From assembly GCA_002269645.1 (NCBI GenBank), contig NIVC01003030.1:60468-124467 (forward strand): a stretch of 64,000 bases of DNA, read 5' to 3'. The DNA comes from Macrostomum lignano (Eukaryota). Of this stretch, positions 46,085 to 57,400 are shown piece after piece. Each line of letters opens with the position of its first letter. The first letter of the stretch is position 1. Below the pieces are notes generated by a model that worked only from the letters and a program-made list of their open reading frames with translations, was not told the origin of the DNA and made no database searches. The position numbers and the translations under genes are program-made.

Positions 46085-48757
46085 ATCGGCTGCCTCCGGT
46101 TCGTTGGCCATCAGCCAACAGCAGCCACAGCCGGCAACACTGCCCGTCAACCTAGCGAATTACGACAGCGACTCTAACGGCGCCGACAATAACGGCGAAT
46201 ATTCGTCGCCGACGGTTCCGCTGCTGCCAGGCCGGCAACACGCCTTTAGGATTCGGTTTAGTCCCAGTAGCGAGAGATTCGATAAGTTAAACGACGCGGA
46301 GGACACTGAGGGCGGCGGCCTGTGCTGCAGCAGCTGCTGCTGCTTCCGGCGCTTTCGACACAGACGGCCGGACTTGTTTTGCGTCTGCTTCTGCATTGCC
46401 ACACTGCTGTGCTATGTGAGCTGCCGACTGGTGGTGTTATAGTCCATTGATTTCAAATAGTCTGTTAGGTATAGGGGTTCTGTCAACATGGAGGTCGCAG
46501 TCTCCAGGCTCAGGTGAAACAGCTTTAAGGAATTTAAAAGATTTCAGATAAAAAACTCGATGGTTGATGTATGCAAATGTTTTGTACTGGGACTGCTGAT
46601 CTCTTATTGTCAGGAGATTGAGCAAGCTAATTCGTCATGATGATTATTCTGATGATGATGATGACTGATCATGATGATTATTCTGATGATGATGATGACT
46701 GATCATGATGATTATTCTGATGATGATGATGATGATTATCATGATGATGAGTATGATGTGAGATCATGATGATTATTCTAATGATGATGATGTGGTAAAT
46801 CTCAGTTTTGATCCAAAAGAAATCCTACGCTCGTACATTGCCCTCGAAGTCCCAAATTGATCCCGAACAAGAGATCATGATGATTATTTTGATGATGATG
46901 ATGATGTGAAATCATGATGATTTTTTATGATGATGATGGTGCGAGATCATTATGATTATTCTGATGATGATGTGAGATCATGATGATTATCATGATGATG
47001 ATCATGATGATGATGCTTAATGGTTATGATGATGATTAATCATGATTATTATGATGATGACGATGTTTAACATTAGGAAGATCGATAGGGAGGGAGATCA
47101 AGGCATTCTGAATGATTTTTATGATAATGTTAACTCGGCATGGTCACCTAAATTTCACAAACACTGGGCTTTACAAGATTAAAATTCCGAATACATTGAT
47201 CTCCCAATCGATATATTTAATGTTTTACTCAACTCAAGTTTACCATTTGTAATGAAAACTCCCCGACCAGAAAAAGTGAGCGCAGATGTACATGTACACC
47301 CTGTAAGAGCGCGTGCCTGCCTGCCGCCCCACTATATACTAACTGAACCTTTTCCGCCTGTCCCGCAGCTCTTGCTGTCCTCAGTTCACTTCTGGCTGCC
47401 GTACAGCTGCACCGCAATATTTTCCTGGTTCAAGCGGCCACCCAACAGCACCACTGCCGGCAGCTCGGAGCCAATGTGCGCCTGGCAACTGCAGTTGGCT
47501 TATTCGGCTAGCATTAACTGTCTGCAGTTCGGCTTGGCCCTGACCTGCCAGGGCTGCCTGCTTTGGTTCTGTCGGCAAATGACCCGCTCGGGCTACCTCA
47601 GCGTGGCCCGCTGCTGCCTGCGCTATGCCAGGCTGCCATTCTATACCTGCGCCTGCTGTGAGTAGCTGGTGCCAGCTCATCTGTATTTGAAGGCTGCCTT
47701 CTGATTCTAGGAAAATTGTGTACATGCCTGAGAGTGTACATGCCTGAGAGTGTACATGCCTGAGAGTGTACATGCCTGAGAGTGTACATGCCTGAGAGTG
47801 TACATGCCTGAGAGTGTACATGCCTGAGAGTGTACATGCCTGAGAGTGTACATGCCTGAGAGTGTACATGCCTGAGAGTGTACATGCCTGAGAGTGTACA
47901 TTACCTGAGAGTGTACATACCTGAGAGTGTACATACCTGAGAGTGTACATGCCTGAGAGTGTACATGCCTGAGAGTGTACATTACCTGAGAGTGTACATG
48001 CCTGAGAGTGTACATGCCTGAGAGTGTACATGCCTGAGAGTGTACATGCCTGAGAGTGTACATGCCTGAGTGTACATGCCTGAGAGTGTACATGCCTGAG
48101 AGTGTACATGCCTGAGTGTGTACATGCCTGAGTGTACACGCCATTTCATCTACAGAGGGCGTTAAAATTTGACAAGTGACAGGCGGTCCATTCCCACTCC
48201 CCGCTGAGATTCCCGCAGTCACAGCCGGCCTCTCCGCTATGCTCAGCTTCTCCGCGTCGCTTTGCCCCGTCGGCGGCGGCGACAGCTCGACCGGATCTGC
48301 CTGCCTGGGCCCGCTCTACCCGCAGCATCTGGTCATGCTGGTGGTGGCCTGCGAGTCTCTGGTCTACTCCTGCCTGCTGCTGTGGCTGCTGCGCCGTCTG
48401 CGGCAGTCGGTGGCCGCATCGCCTCAGCCTGACGCCTACTCGGAGGGTCATCAGCAGCCGGCTGATGCCGCCGAGACAGAACCTGACGATCCATTCGGCT
48501 CCTTCACCACATCCACCGGTGGCAAGCTGTCAGTTGCTGACGTTGGCTTGTCATCTTCTTCAAGTAGTACAGTTCTGAATCGTCAGCATTCTCAGCAGCA
48601 GCCGCATCCCATGGACGAGCTCCTGGCTAGGCAGGCCTCCCTAATTGGCTACCTGCGATTGCGCAATAATCGTCTAACTAGGCGGGTTTATCGAGTAGAA
48701 CAAGAACTGATGCACAGGCAGCGAGAGCTGCTGGATCAGCAGAGTCCTCTGGCCTGA
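46085..48757 (+). CDS. TMEM192: Transmembrane protein 192 (lysosomal), 5' end unresolved
   Basis: Exons ~46085-46415, 47369-47657, 48219-48757. Hydrophobic helices, RSGYLSVAR motif and C-terminal DELLARQASLIGYLRLRNNRLTRR match the TMEM192 family pattern (EEIVEKQ..I.YLK.HN.LL). No in-frame ATG in the first recognisable exon. Confidence 0.8.
46635..47065. repeat. (GAT)n-derived array, TMEM192 intron
   Basis: Direct reading. Confidence 0.9.
47718..48138. repeat. 16-mer array (TGCCTGAGAGTGTACA), TMEM192 intron
   Basis: Direct reading. Confidence 0.96.
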
Positions 48758-49609
48758 CCGAGTTTGTTGAGCTGTACTTTTTTAATTCCAATATTGTCAA
48801 TCGTGTACCGATTTTTTATTACTATGAGTAGCAGAAGACTGCAGGTGCACAGAGTGCACATGCCTGACGATTAGAAAGTCAGGGCTGCTGTAAAATTTAA
48901 ACCTATGCGCGAATATTGCTACTCAGAAGTAATATGCCAGTATTTTAATTTTTCATTTTAACATACTTAAATATCAAGTGTATAAGGCAGTGTTAATCCC
49001 AGGCTTCACTCGTCTCCACTAACGCAACAGTTGATCGCAAAATATTCACTGTGTTATATAAATCACTTGTTTCTTGAAGTTGTTCTAAACTTGATTTTAT
49101 AAGCTGTCTTAATATTAATAATCAACTTAGCTAAATTACTTGCTTCATGAACTATGTCATTTCTATGATTTCAACCTCTGATTCCCGGTCGCTTTGTGTA
49201 AGTTTTTTATTATTATCGATATTCCTGCTTTGCTACAGACATCTTAATAAGCAGACTCTTCCAGTGAAAGTAATCTAGCTAAAGCTATGTGCCACAAGTA
49301 ATTGATCATTAATATAGATTAATTGTGCAATTTATTGTTAATCTCGTGATAAATCATATGTTTGATTTTTTGGCTCATTTTAAAGCTGGCAATTGGTCAA
49401 TTAATTGTCTAAAATTAATTGAGAGCTTAATCTTAATGGTTTTGTTAAGTCGAATTAAGTAATTTTTGACTTATGACATAGCTGGATCTTTTGAGTAAAC
49501 TATCTATAATATATTCAGTTTTTTACGAGTATATTTACCCAAGCATATCATTGAAGAAATTCCAGTTATTTGTTTTTTGTCTTTTCTGAGTTTTGTCAGG
49601 CCTGAGTCA

Positions 49610-49760
49610 CGTGGGACTTGGGTCAGGTGGGACTTGGGTCAGGTGGGACTTGAGTCAGGTGGGACTTAGGTCAGGTGGGACTTGGGTCAGGTGGGACTTG
49701 GGTCAGGTGGGACTTGGGTCAGGTTGGACTTGGGTCAGGTAGGGCTTGGGTCAGGTGAGG
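49610..49760. repeat. 16-mer G-rich array (GTGGGACTTGGGTCAG) upstream of ADCK1
   Basis: Direct reading. Confidence 0.93.
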
Positions 49761-49888
49761 TCAGGGTCAAGCCTTACTCAGATGCGATCACCAGGGTCAG
49801 GGAAGGGTCATACAAGGCCCAACCAGGTAACGTTAAGGTGCGAGCCGCTGGTTAACCGCCAGAGTGGGTGAAACCCGGCACCTTGCAG

Positions 49889-52800
49889 CATCACCGCAGA
49901 GCAGTGGCAGTCGCGGTCACGGCGGCAGCGGCAGCGGCAGCGGCCAGCTACTCAAACTCGGACCCCGTTGCTGGCCAAGGTGTCCGAGGCGTCCTCAGAT
50001 TTGGTCGGGCCGGCCTCATCGTCGCCCGGGTCGCCGCCGACTACAAATGGAGCCTGTCCGGCCTAGTCCCGGACAGTCCGGAATACGCGGCCGTCATCGC
50101 CGAGGTGCACGAGCGCTCGGCCAACCGGCTGCACCGGCTGTGCTGCGTCAACCGCGGCTGCTTCGTCAAAGTCGGGCAGCACCTGGCCGCACTTAATTAC
50201 CTGCTGCCGGAGCCCTACACCCGGGTGCTGGGCCGCCTGCACAGCGACGCGCCGGCCTCCAATATTGAAGAGGTTCGCCAGGTCATCGAGGAGGACTTTG
50301 GCCGGCCGGTGAGAGGGGGGGCGTTTATTGCTTCTGTTCTATCACCACTTCACGTCTGTGACTCTGACTTACCAATCCCCACAGGATCCCATCTATCTGT
50401 TCCCTTCAGCCCCATTGTCTGATCCCCTCAGCCCCATTCCCTGATCCCCTCAGCCCCATTCCCTGATCCCCTCAGCCCCAATCCCTGATCCCCTCAGCCC
50501 ATTCCCTGATCCCCTCAGCCCATTCCTTGATCCCCTCAGCCCATTCCCTGATCCCCTCAGCCCCAATCCCTGATCCCCTCAGCCCCATTCCCTGATCCCC
50601 TCAGCCCCATTCCCTGATCCCCTCAGCCCATTCCCTGATCCCCTCAGCCCATTCCCTGATCCCCTCAGCCCATTCCCTGATCCCCTCAGCCCCATTCCCT
50701 GATCCCCAGGCGCACAGCATATTCCGCAGCATCGACCCGTCACCGTGCGGCGCCGCCAGCCTGGCGCAGGTGCACCGGGCGGAGCTGCTGGACGGCACGC
50801 CGGTGGCGGTGAAGGTGCAGCACCCGGACGTGCTGGCCAGGTCCGCGGCCGACATGGCCACCATGGACTGGCTGGTGGGCCTGGTGTCCCGCCTATTCGT
50901 CGACTTTCACTTTCAATGGCTGGTCGACGAGACCCGACGGAATTTGCCGCGCGAGCTGGACTTCGCCGCCGAGGCCGAGAACATGCGACTGGCCCGGCGG
51001 CTGTACTGCGGCCGCTTCCCCTGGCTGGAGGTTCCGGGCGCGGTGGCCGGCCTGGTCAGCAAGCGGGTGCTGGTCATGGAGCTGTGCCGGGGCGGCCAGA
51101 TTGACGACCTGGCGTACATCAGCTCCAACCGGCTGGACAGGCGCCAGATTGTGAAGCAGGTGAACCAGCTGTACAGCTGCATGATGTTCGACTGCGGCTT
51201 CGTGCACAGCGACCCTCATCCCGGCAATCTCCTGGTGCGGCCCGACCCTGCACTGCCTTCCGGTTAGTGCTCGGCTGCTGCTGCTACTGATACTACTGCT
51301 GATGATACTACTGCTAATACTTTGATAATACTACTAAAGATACTTCTGATATTACTACTGATAATACTACTGATAATACTACTGGTGATACTACTGATGA
51401 TACTACTGGTGATACTACTGATGATACTACTGATGATACTACTGATGATACTACTGATGATACTACTGATGATACTACTGATGATACTACTGATGATACT
51501 ACTGATGATACTACTGATGATACTACTGATGATACTACTGATGATACTACTGATGATACTACTGATAATGCTACTGAGATGACACTACTGCTAATACTAC
51601 TGATAATGCTACTGATAATACTACTGACGATACTACTGACGATACTACTGACGATACTACTGATACCAATGCTTACACTACCATTCTAACTCAACCATTC
51701 GCAGGAGTCCGCATAGTGCTGTTAGACCACGGCCTCTACAACCAGCTGACGCCGGACTTCCGACTCAGCTACTGCCGGCTGTGGCGCGCCATCATAGACG
51801 GCGACTTGGCCGGCATCCGGGCCAGCGCTGACAGCCTGGGCTGCGGCCATCTCTACGGCCTGTTCGCCTGCATGGTCAGCGGCCGCTCCTGGCGGGCCGT
51901 CTCTGCCGGAGTCAGCCGGAGCGAGTTCTCCACTGAGGAGGAGCTGGTAGGCGGACTGAGCTTGAAATATTCCCTGTAACATATTTCAGAACTGCCCCAT
52001 CCCACACCTTAGCATCGCTCCCTATCCCACACCTGACAGCCTCCTCTATCTCACACCTGAGAGCCGCCCCATCCCACACCTGAGAGCCGCCCCATCCCAC
52101 ACCTAAGAGCCGCCCCATCCCACACCTGAGAGCCGCCCCATCCCACACCTGAGAGCCGCCCCATCCCACACCTGAGAGCCGCCCCATCCCACACCTGAGA
52201 ACCGCCCCATCCCACACCTAAGAGCCGCCCCATCCCACACCTGAGAGCCGCCCTATCCCACACCTGAGAGCCGCCCCATCCCACACCTAAGAGCCGCCCC
52301 ATCCCACACCTGAGAGCCGCCCCATCCCACACCTGAGAGCCGCCCCATCCCACACCTGAGAGCCGCCCCATCCCACACCTGAGAGCCGCCCCATCCCACA
52401 CCTGAGAACCGCCCCATCCCACACCTAAGAGCCGCCCCATCCCACACCTGAGAGCCGCCCTATCCCACACCTGAGAACCGCCCCATCCCACACCTGAGAA
52501 CCGCCCCATCCCACACCTGAGAGCCGCCCTATCCCACACCTGAGAGCCGCCCCATCCCACACCTGAGAGCCGCCCCATCCCACACCTGAGAGCCGCCCCA
52601 TCCCACACCTGAGAGCCGCCCCATCCCACACCTGAGAGCCGCCCCATCCCACACCTGAGAGCCGCCCCATCCCACACCTAAGAGCCGCCCCATCCCACAC
52701 CTGAGAGTCGTCCCATCCCACACCTAGAGAGCCGCCCCATCCCACCCAGTCCATTCAGTCGGAGGCCGGTCGCCTCCTGCCGCAGATGACGCAGGTGCTG

Positions 52801-53073
52801 GAGTCGGTGCCCCGGCAGATGCTGCTGCTATTCAAAGCCAACGACCTGCTCAGAGGCATCGAGCACCGCCTGACGGGCCGGCAGAGGTTCGGGCCCGGCC
52901 TGTCTTTCACCCTGCTGACGGACGCCTGCCTGCGCACCCTGGCCGAGGCCAGCTGGGCAGCCGCCGACTGGCGCGACTGGCTCCGCCTGCGCTGCCGGCT
53001 CTGCCTGATCCGTGCGCTGCTCATCGTCCGGGACCTCTGGGCCGCAGCGGCTGCTTCCGTTGAAAGCGCTTGA
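49889..53073 (+). CDS. ADCK1: AarF/UbiB-family atypical kinase ADCK1
   Basis: Exons ~49889-50308, 50710-51262, 51705-51946, 52750-53073. Motifs FVKVGQHL, AASLAQVH, VAVKVQHP, ELDF..EAEN, FVHSDPHPGN, LLDHGLY, VPRQMLLLFKANDLLRGIE. The start is uncertain (no ATG in the first exon). Confidence 0.93.
50415..50709. repeat. 21-22-mer array (CCATTCCCTGATCCCCTCAGC) forming the ADCK1 intron 1 acceptor
   Basis: Direct reading. Confidence 0.95.
51280..51665. repeat. 12-mer array (TGATGATACTAC), ADCK1 intron 2
   Basis: Direct reading. Confidence 0.93.
52010..52749. repeat. 23-mer array (GAGAGCCGCCCCATCCCACACCT), ADCK1 intron 3
   Basis: The final unit grades into the acceptor CCCATCCCACCCAG. Confidence 0.96.
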
Positions 53074-54431
53074 GTTGCATTTTTACTGTCTTTTGACTAC
53101 TTGTGATGAGTAGTATTGATTGCGCATACTTTTATCCAGTAGCTAATTTGAAATCTGTTTTGATTGTTAATTTAGAATTAATTAAAATAGTGATATTTTC
53201 CTAACTGTCTACTGCAATTGGTCTTGGTAATAGCAGTAGTGCGATTAGGATGCAGGACTTGATAAAAATAGATTTTTCTGTTGACTGTGAAGAGACCTGA
53301 GATGCAGAGTTGAGCAGCCTATATTCATCCTTAAGTTGCCGGTGCTGACGGTGAATTCTCTGATGATAACTGGCCATTGATCACGAATAAAAGCTGACAT
53401 TTTTGTGATTATAAATCTGATTAATAAATTTGTCTTCAACCTGTAAACTGTATCACGTTGTATTTATGTTTAATTGTTTTTTATGATATAGACTTGCATA
53501 ATGAGCTTCGTATGCAGAATCGGCTTCTTGAAATGGAATAACTTCAATCCGTGTATATTGTTTATCATATACAATATTTATAGCTATGTACTCAATGGAT
53601 TGGCGCGGCTGAGAAGTTTACTATAGTTTAACGTGTCATATGGTAAAAAATTACATGTAGCCATATAAAATATGCACTAGCAAAGCAATAAAGAGAATGA
53701 TTAGGCTGATTGACAGTTGTGACAGGTAACAACAGGTTTGAATGAGGCGCAGATTCGTGTGTGGACAGATCTGGCCCGAGTTTAGGCCATGGAAGCGCTC
53801 TGTGGCAGTGGGGGATAATTCGGTGTGCGCATTGGGATTATCAGAGCTGCAAATTGAACTATTCATTACACTAATATCGGTACCTGGTTTAATTAGGCTG
53901 AGGCGGTCTTCAACTTGGCCTATTCAATATTAAAACAGTCTGTGTACACACAGATCACGTGGTTTATCAAATAAAAAACCTTCCCTGCCGACTACCGTCA
54001 CGTGATGTTTGCACTTATCACCATTGTACATTCAACGTAGGGTCTGAGACACTATTTTTAGACACTTAGCCTTCTACCCCCACCCCCAACCACGCGACTG
54101 GCTCCTGATGTGGCCTGTGATAGGGGTTGAATTAGCGTCTCTTAACTTGCAGTCACGCAGTGTCTCTAATTCAATCTATTCGTTATTTTAAGCGATCAGT
54201 GTAGTGTACACACGACATCACGTGATCATCACTGTACCCTGTCGTCACGTGATGTTTGCGCTATCATTATTGTACATTCAACGTAGAGTTTGAGGCTTGC
54301 TATTTTTAGACACTGGCCGCTCTAACCCCCCCCCCCCCCAGTTAAATAAATTAACTGGAATCAATACACCATTTTAATTTATGCAGGCCCAGACGCCAAT
54401 GCGCCTCATCTACATCTAAGTACCGTGCAAG

Positions 54432-57400
54432 TTACATGTAGGTTAGCTTGTTAGATGTCATTTCACACCTGCGACGAGGCGATGGAATAGGAGCTGTGCA
54501 GCTGCCTATCGCAGGTGCACAAGTCCGGCCTGCCGCTATCCAGCAGCAGCGCCTGCGCCGCCCCGCCGACTGCAGCAGCCTCTGGTGCTGCTGCTGATGC
54601 AGCTCTGCTGCTGCCGCCTGCCGCCTGTTGCTGCCGCCGTTCCGGTCCAGAGTCATAGAGACCGGGCCGCCAACGATGCCACCGTCGGGCGGCTCGCCGA
54701 CAAACCGGCACACGGGTGAGTGGGACGCCAACATGGAGCCGGACACGGTCGAATAGGCGGCCAGGCGGGCCAGCTGCTGCCTGCTGGGCGGCGAGCCGGG
54801 TAATCCACAATCGTCTTCGCCGCCGCCCCAGCCGCGTCGCCTCCCCGATGCTGCGGCGTTCCTACGACGTCTTCGTCTAGATCGTCCAAATCGTTGTCCT
54901 CCTCGCTGCCGCCAATGACGCCGCGATGGCACCGCCGCCTCGGCAAGCTGCTGAAGCTGCGATCGCTGCGAGGAGCTCGGGCCGCCGTCCTGGGAGCTGC
55001 TGACTCGGCGAAGACGTCGCTGAGCCGAGATGAGCAGCCGGCGCCGGTAGACCACGATGACCAGGCCGCTGACCAGGGCCAGCAGCACCAGCAGGATGAG
55101 AATGATCACGATCACCTGTCTGGTGCTCAGGCACATGCTGGCCTGCAGCTCGACTCTGCAGGTTTCGGATGAGATGCCACTATTAACCTTTTTTGTAGGT
55201 TTGTAGGTTTCCTCTCTCTACCTTCCCCACTCTCCAATCTCCCTCTGCCCTTCCCATACTCCCTCTGCCCTTCCCCATACTCCCTCTGCCTTCCCCATGC
55301 TCCCTCTGCCCTTCCCCATACTCCCTCTGCCCTTCCCATGCTCCGTCTGCCTTTCCCCATACTCCCTCTGCCCTTCCCCATACTCCCTCTGCCCTTCCCC
55401 ATACTCCCTCTGCCTCCCCATGCTCCCTCTGTCCTTCCCCATACTCCCTCTGCCCTTCCCCATACTCCCTCTGCCCTTCCCCATGCTCCCTCTGTCCTTC
55501 CCCATACTCCCTCTGCCCTTCCCCATACTCCCTCTGCCCTTCCCCATGCTCCCTCTGTCCTTCCCCATGCTCCCTCTGCCCTTCCCCATACTCCCTCTGC
55601 CCTTCCCCATGCTCCCTCTGTCCTTCCCCATACTCCCTCTGCCCTTCCCCATACTCCCTCTGCCCTTCCCCATACTCCCTCTGCCCTTCCCCATGCTCCT
55701 CTGTCCTTCCCCATACTCCCTCTGCCCTTCCCCATACTCCCTCTGCCCTTCCCCATGCTCCCTCTGTCCTTCCCCATACTCCCTCTGCCCTTCCCCATGC
55801 CTCCCTCTGCCCTTCCCCATACTCCCTCTGCCCTTCCCCATGCTCCGTCTGCCCTTCCCCATACTCCCTCTGCCCTTCCCCATACTCCCTCTGCCCTTCC
55901 CCATACTCCCTCTGCCCTTCCCATGCTCCCTCTGTCCTTCCCCATACTCCCTCTGCCCTTCCCATACTCCCTCTGCCCTTCCCCATGCTCCCTCTGTCCT
56001 TCCCCATACTCCCTCTGCCTTCCCCATACTCCCTCTGCCCTTCCCATGCTCCCTCTGTCCTTCCCATGCTCCTCTGTCCTTCCCCATACTCCCTCTGCCC
56101 TTCCCCATACGCCCTCTGCTCCGTCTGCCCTGCCCCAGCCGCAGCAACTCACGCGGCTGCGCCCATTTCTGGTCCCGCTTGAGCGCCACCACCACATGGG
56201 ACTCCGTCTCGATATCCCAGACACTGCTGTCCGGGCTCCGCTTGGCCATCTTGTCCGACGCGCACTGGTTCGGTTCGCACAGCTTCTCGTCCGAATGCCG
56301 GCACACCCGGACAGTGCACCGGAAGTAGAGATTGGGCGAATTGCCCAACCGGAAGGCCGGGAACCCGCCGGTCTGCATGTGCAGGCCGCCCTTTGGCCGG
56401 GGTGCTGCGGAAGTCGGCAGTGAAGCCGAGTCCAGGACTCGATCGCTGCAATCGGGCGGCGACCGCTAGGGTTAGTTTGTTATTAAAGAACCAAGGACGT
56501 CTTGCGTAAGTGGACTGGCCGTCTAAACTGCTAATATTTTTACTGTAAGTAGAGCAGTTTGCATCTTGTCGGTAAAAATAACTGCTATGAAAAGTCGTAT
56601 CCATTCATTCCTTACCCGCCGCAGCCGATGATCAGTTTGTCGCTGCGGCCGTTGGCGCCTCGGCGGGAAGGCCGGCCGTCATCAGCCGATGCCGCCGGAC
56701 TTGTGGCGGCGAAGCACTGGCGGATTAGAAGCCTGTGTACTCGCGATCGCCTTTGGCACCTGCGGGGTTGTTGGATATGCGGCTTGTAGAGCGTAGAGAT
56801 ACAGTAATAACAGTAGTTAGAATGACAGGTTGTATACCAGGAGTGACAGACCTAACGCACTGTAGCAGGAAAGTAACAGAAAACAGTAGGGAGTGACAGG
56901 CCAGTAGTGAGAGAGTGACAGACAGTAGCGAGACAGGACAGCAGTAGTGTAGAGAGTGACAGACAGTAGTGGGAGAGTGACAGCAGTAGTGAGAGAATGA
57001 CAGACAGTAGGGGGAGAGTGACAGGCAGTAGTGAGGAGTGACAGACAGTAGTGGAGAGTGACAGGCAGTAGTGAGAGATGACAGCAGTAGTGAGAGAGTG
57101 ACAGGCAGTAGTGAGAGAGTGACAGACAGTAGTGAGAGTGACAGACAGTAGTGGGAGAGTGACAGGCAGTAGTGAGAGAGTGACAGACAGTAGTGGGAGA
57201 GTGACAGACAGTAGTGGAGAGTGACAGGCAGTAGTGGGGGAGTGACAGGCAGTAGTGAGAGAGTGACAAACAGTAGCGAGAGTGACAGCAGTAGTTGGAG
57301 AGTGACAGACAGTAGTGGGAGAGTGAGGCAGTAGTGAGAGAGTGACAGACAGTAGTGGGAGAGTGACAGGCCAGTAGTGAGAGAGTGACAGACAGTAGCT

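Noticed and set aside
55127-56423. Several 290-390-aa repetitive ORFs
   Set aside because: They are translations of a 22-mer intronic array; only the 56153-56440 part is a real ZP exon.
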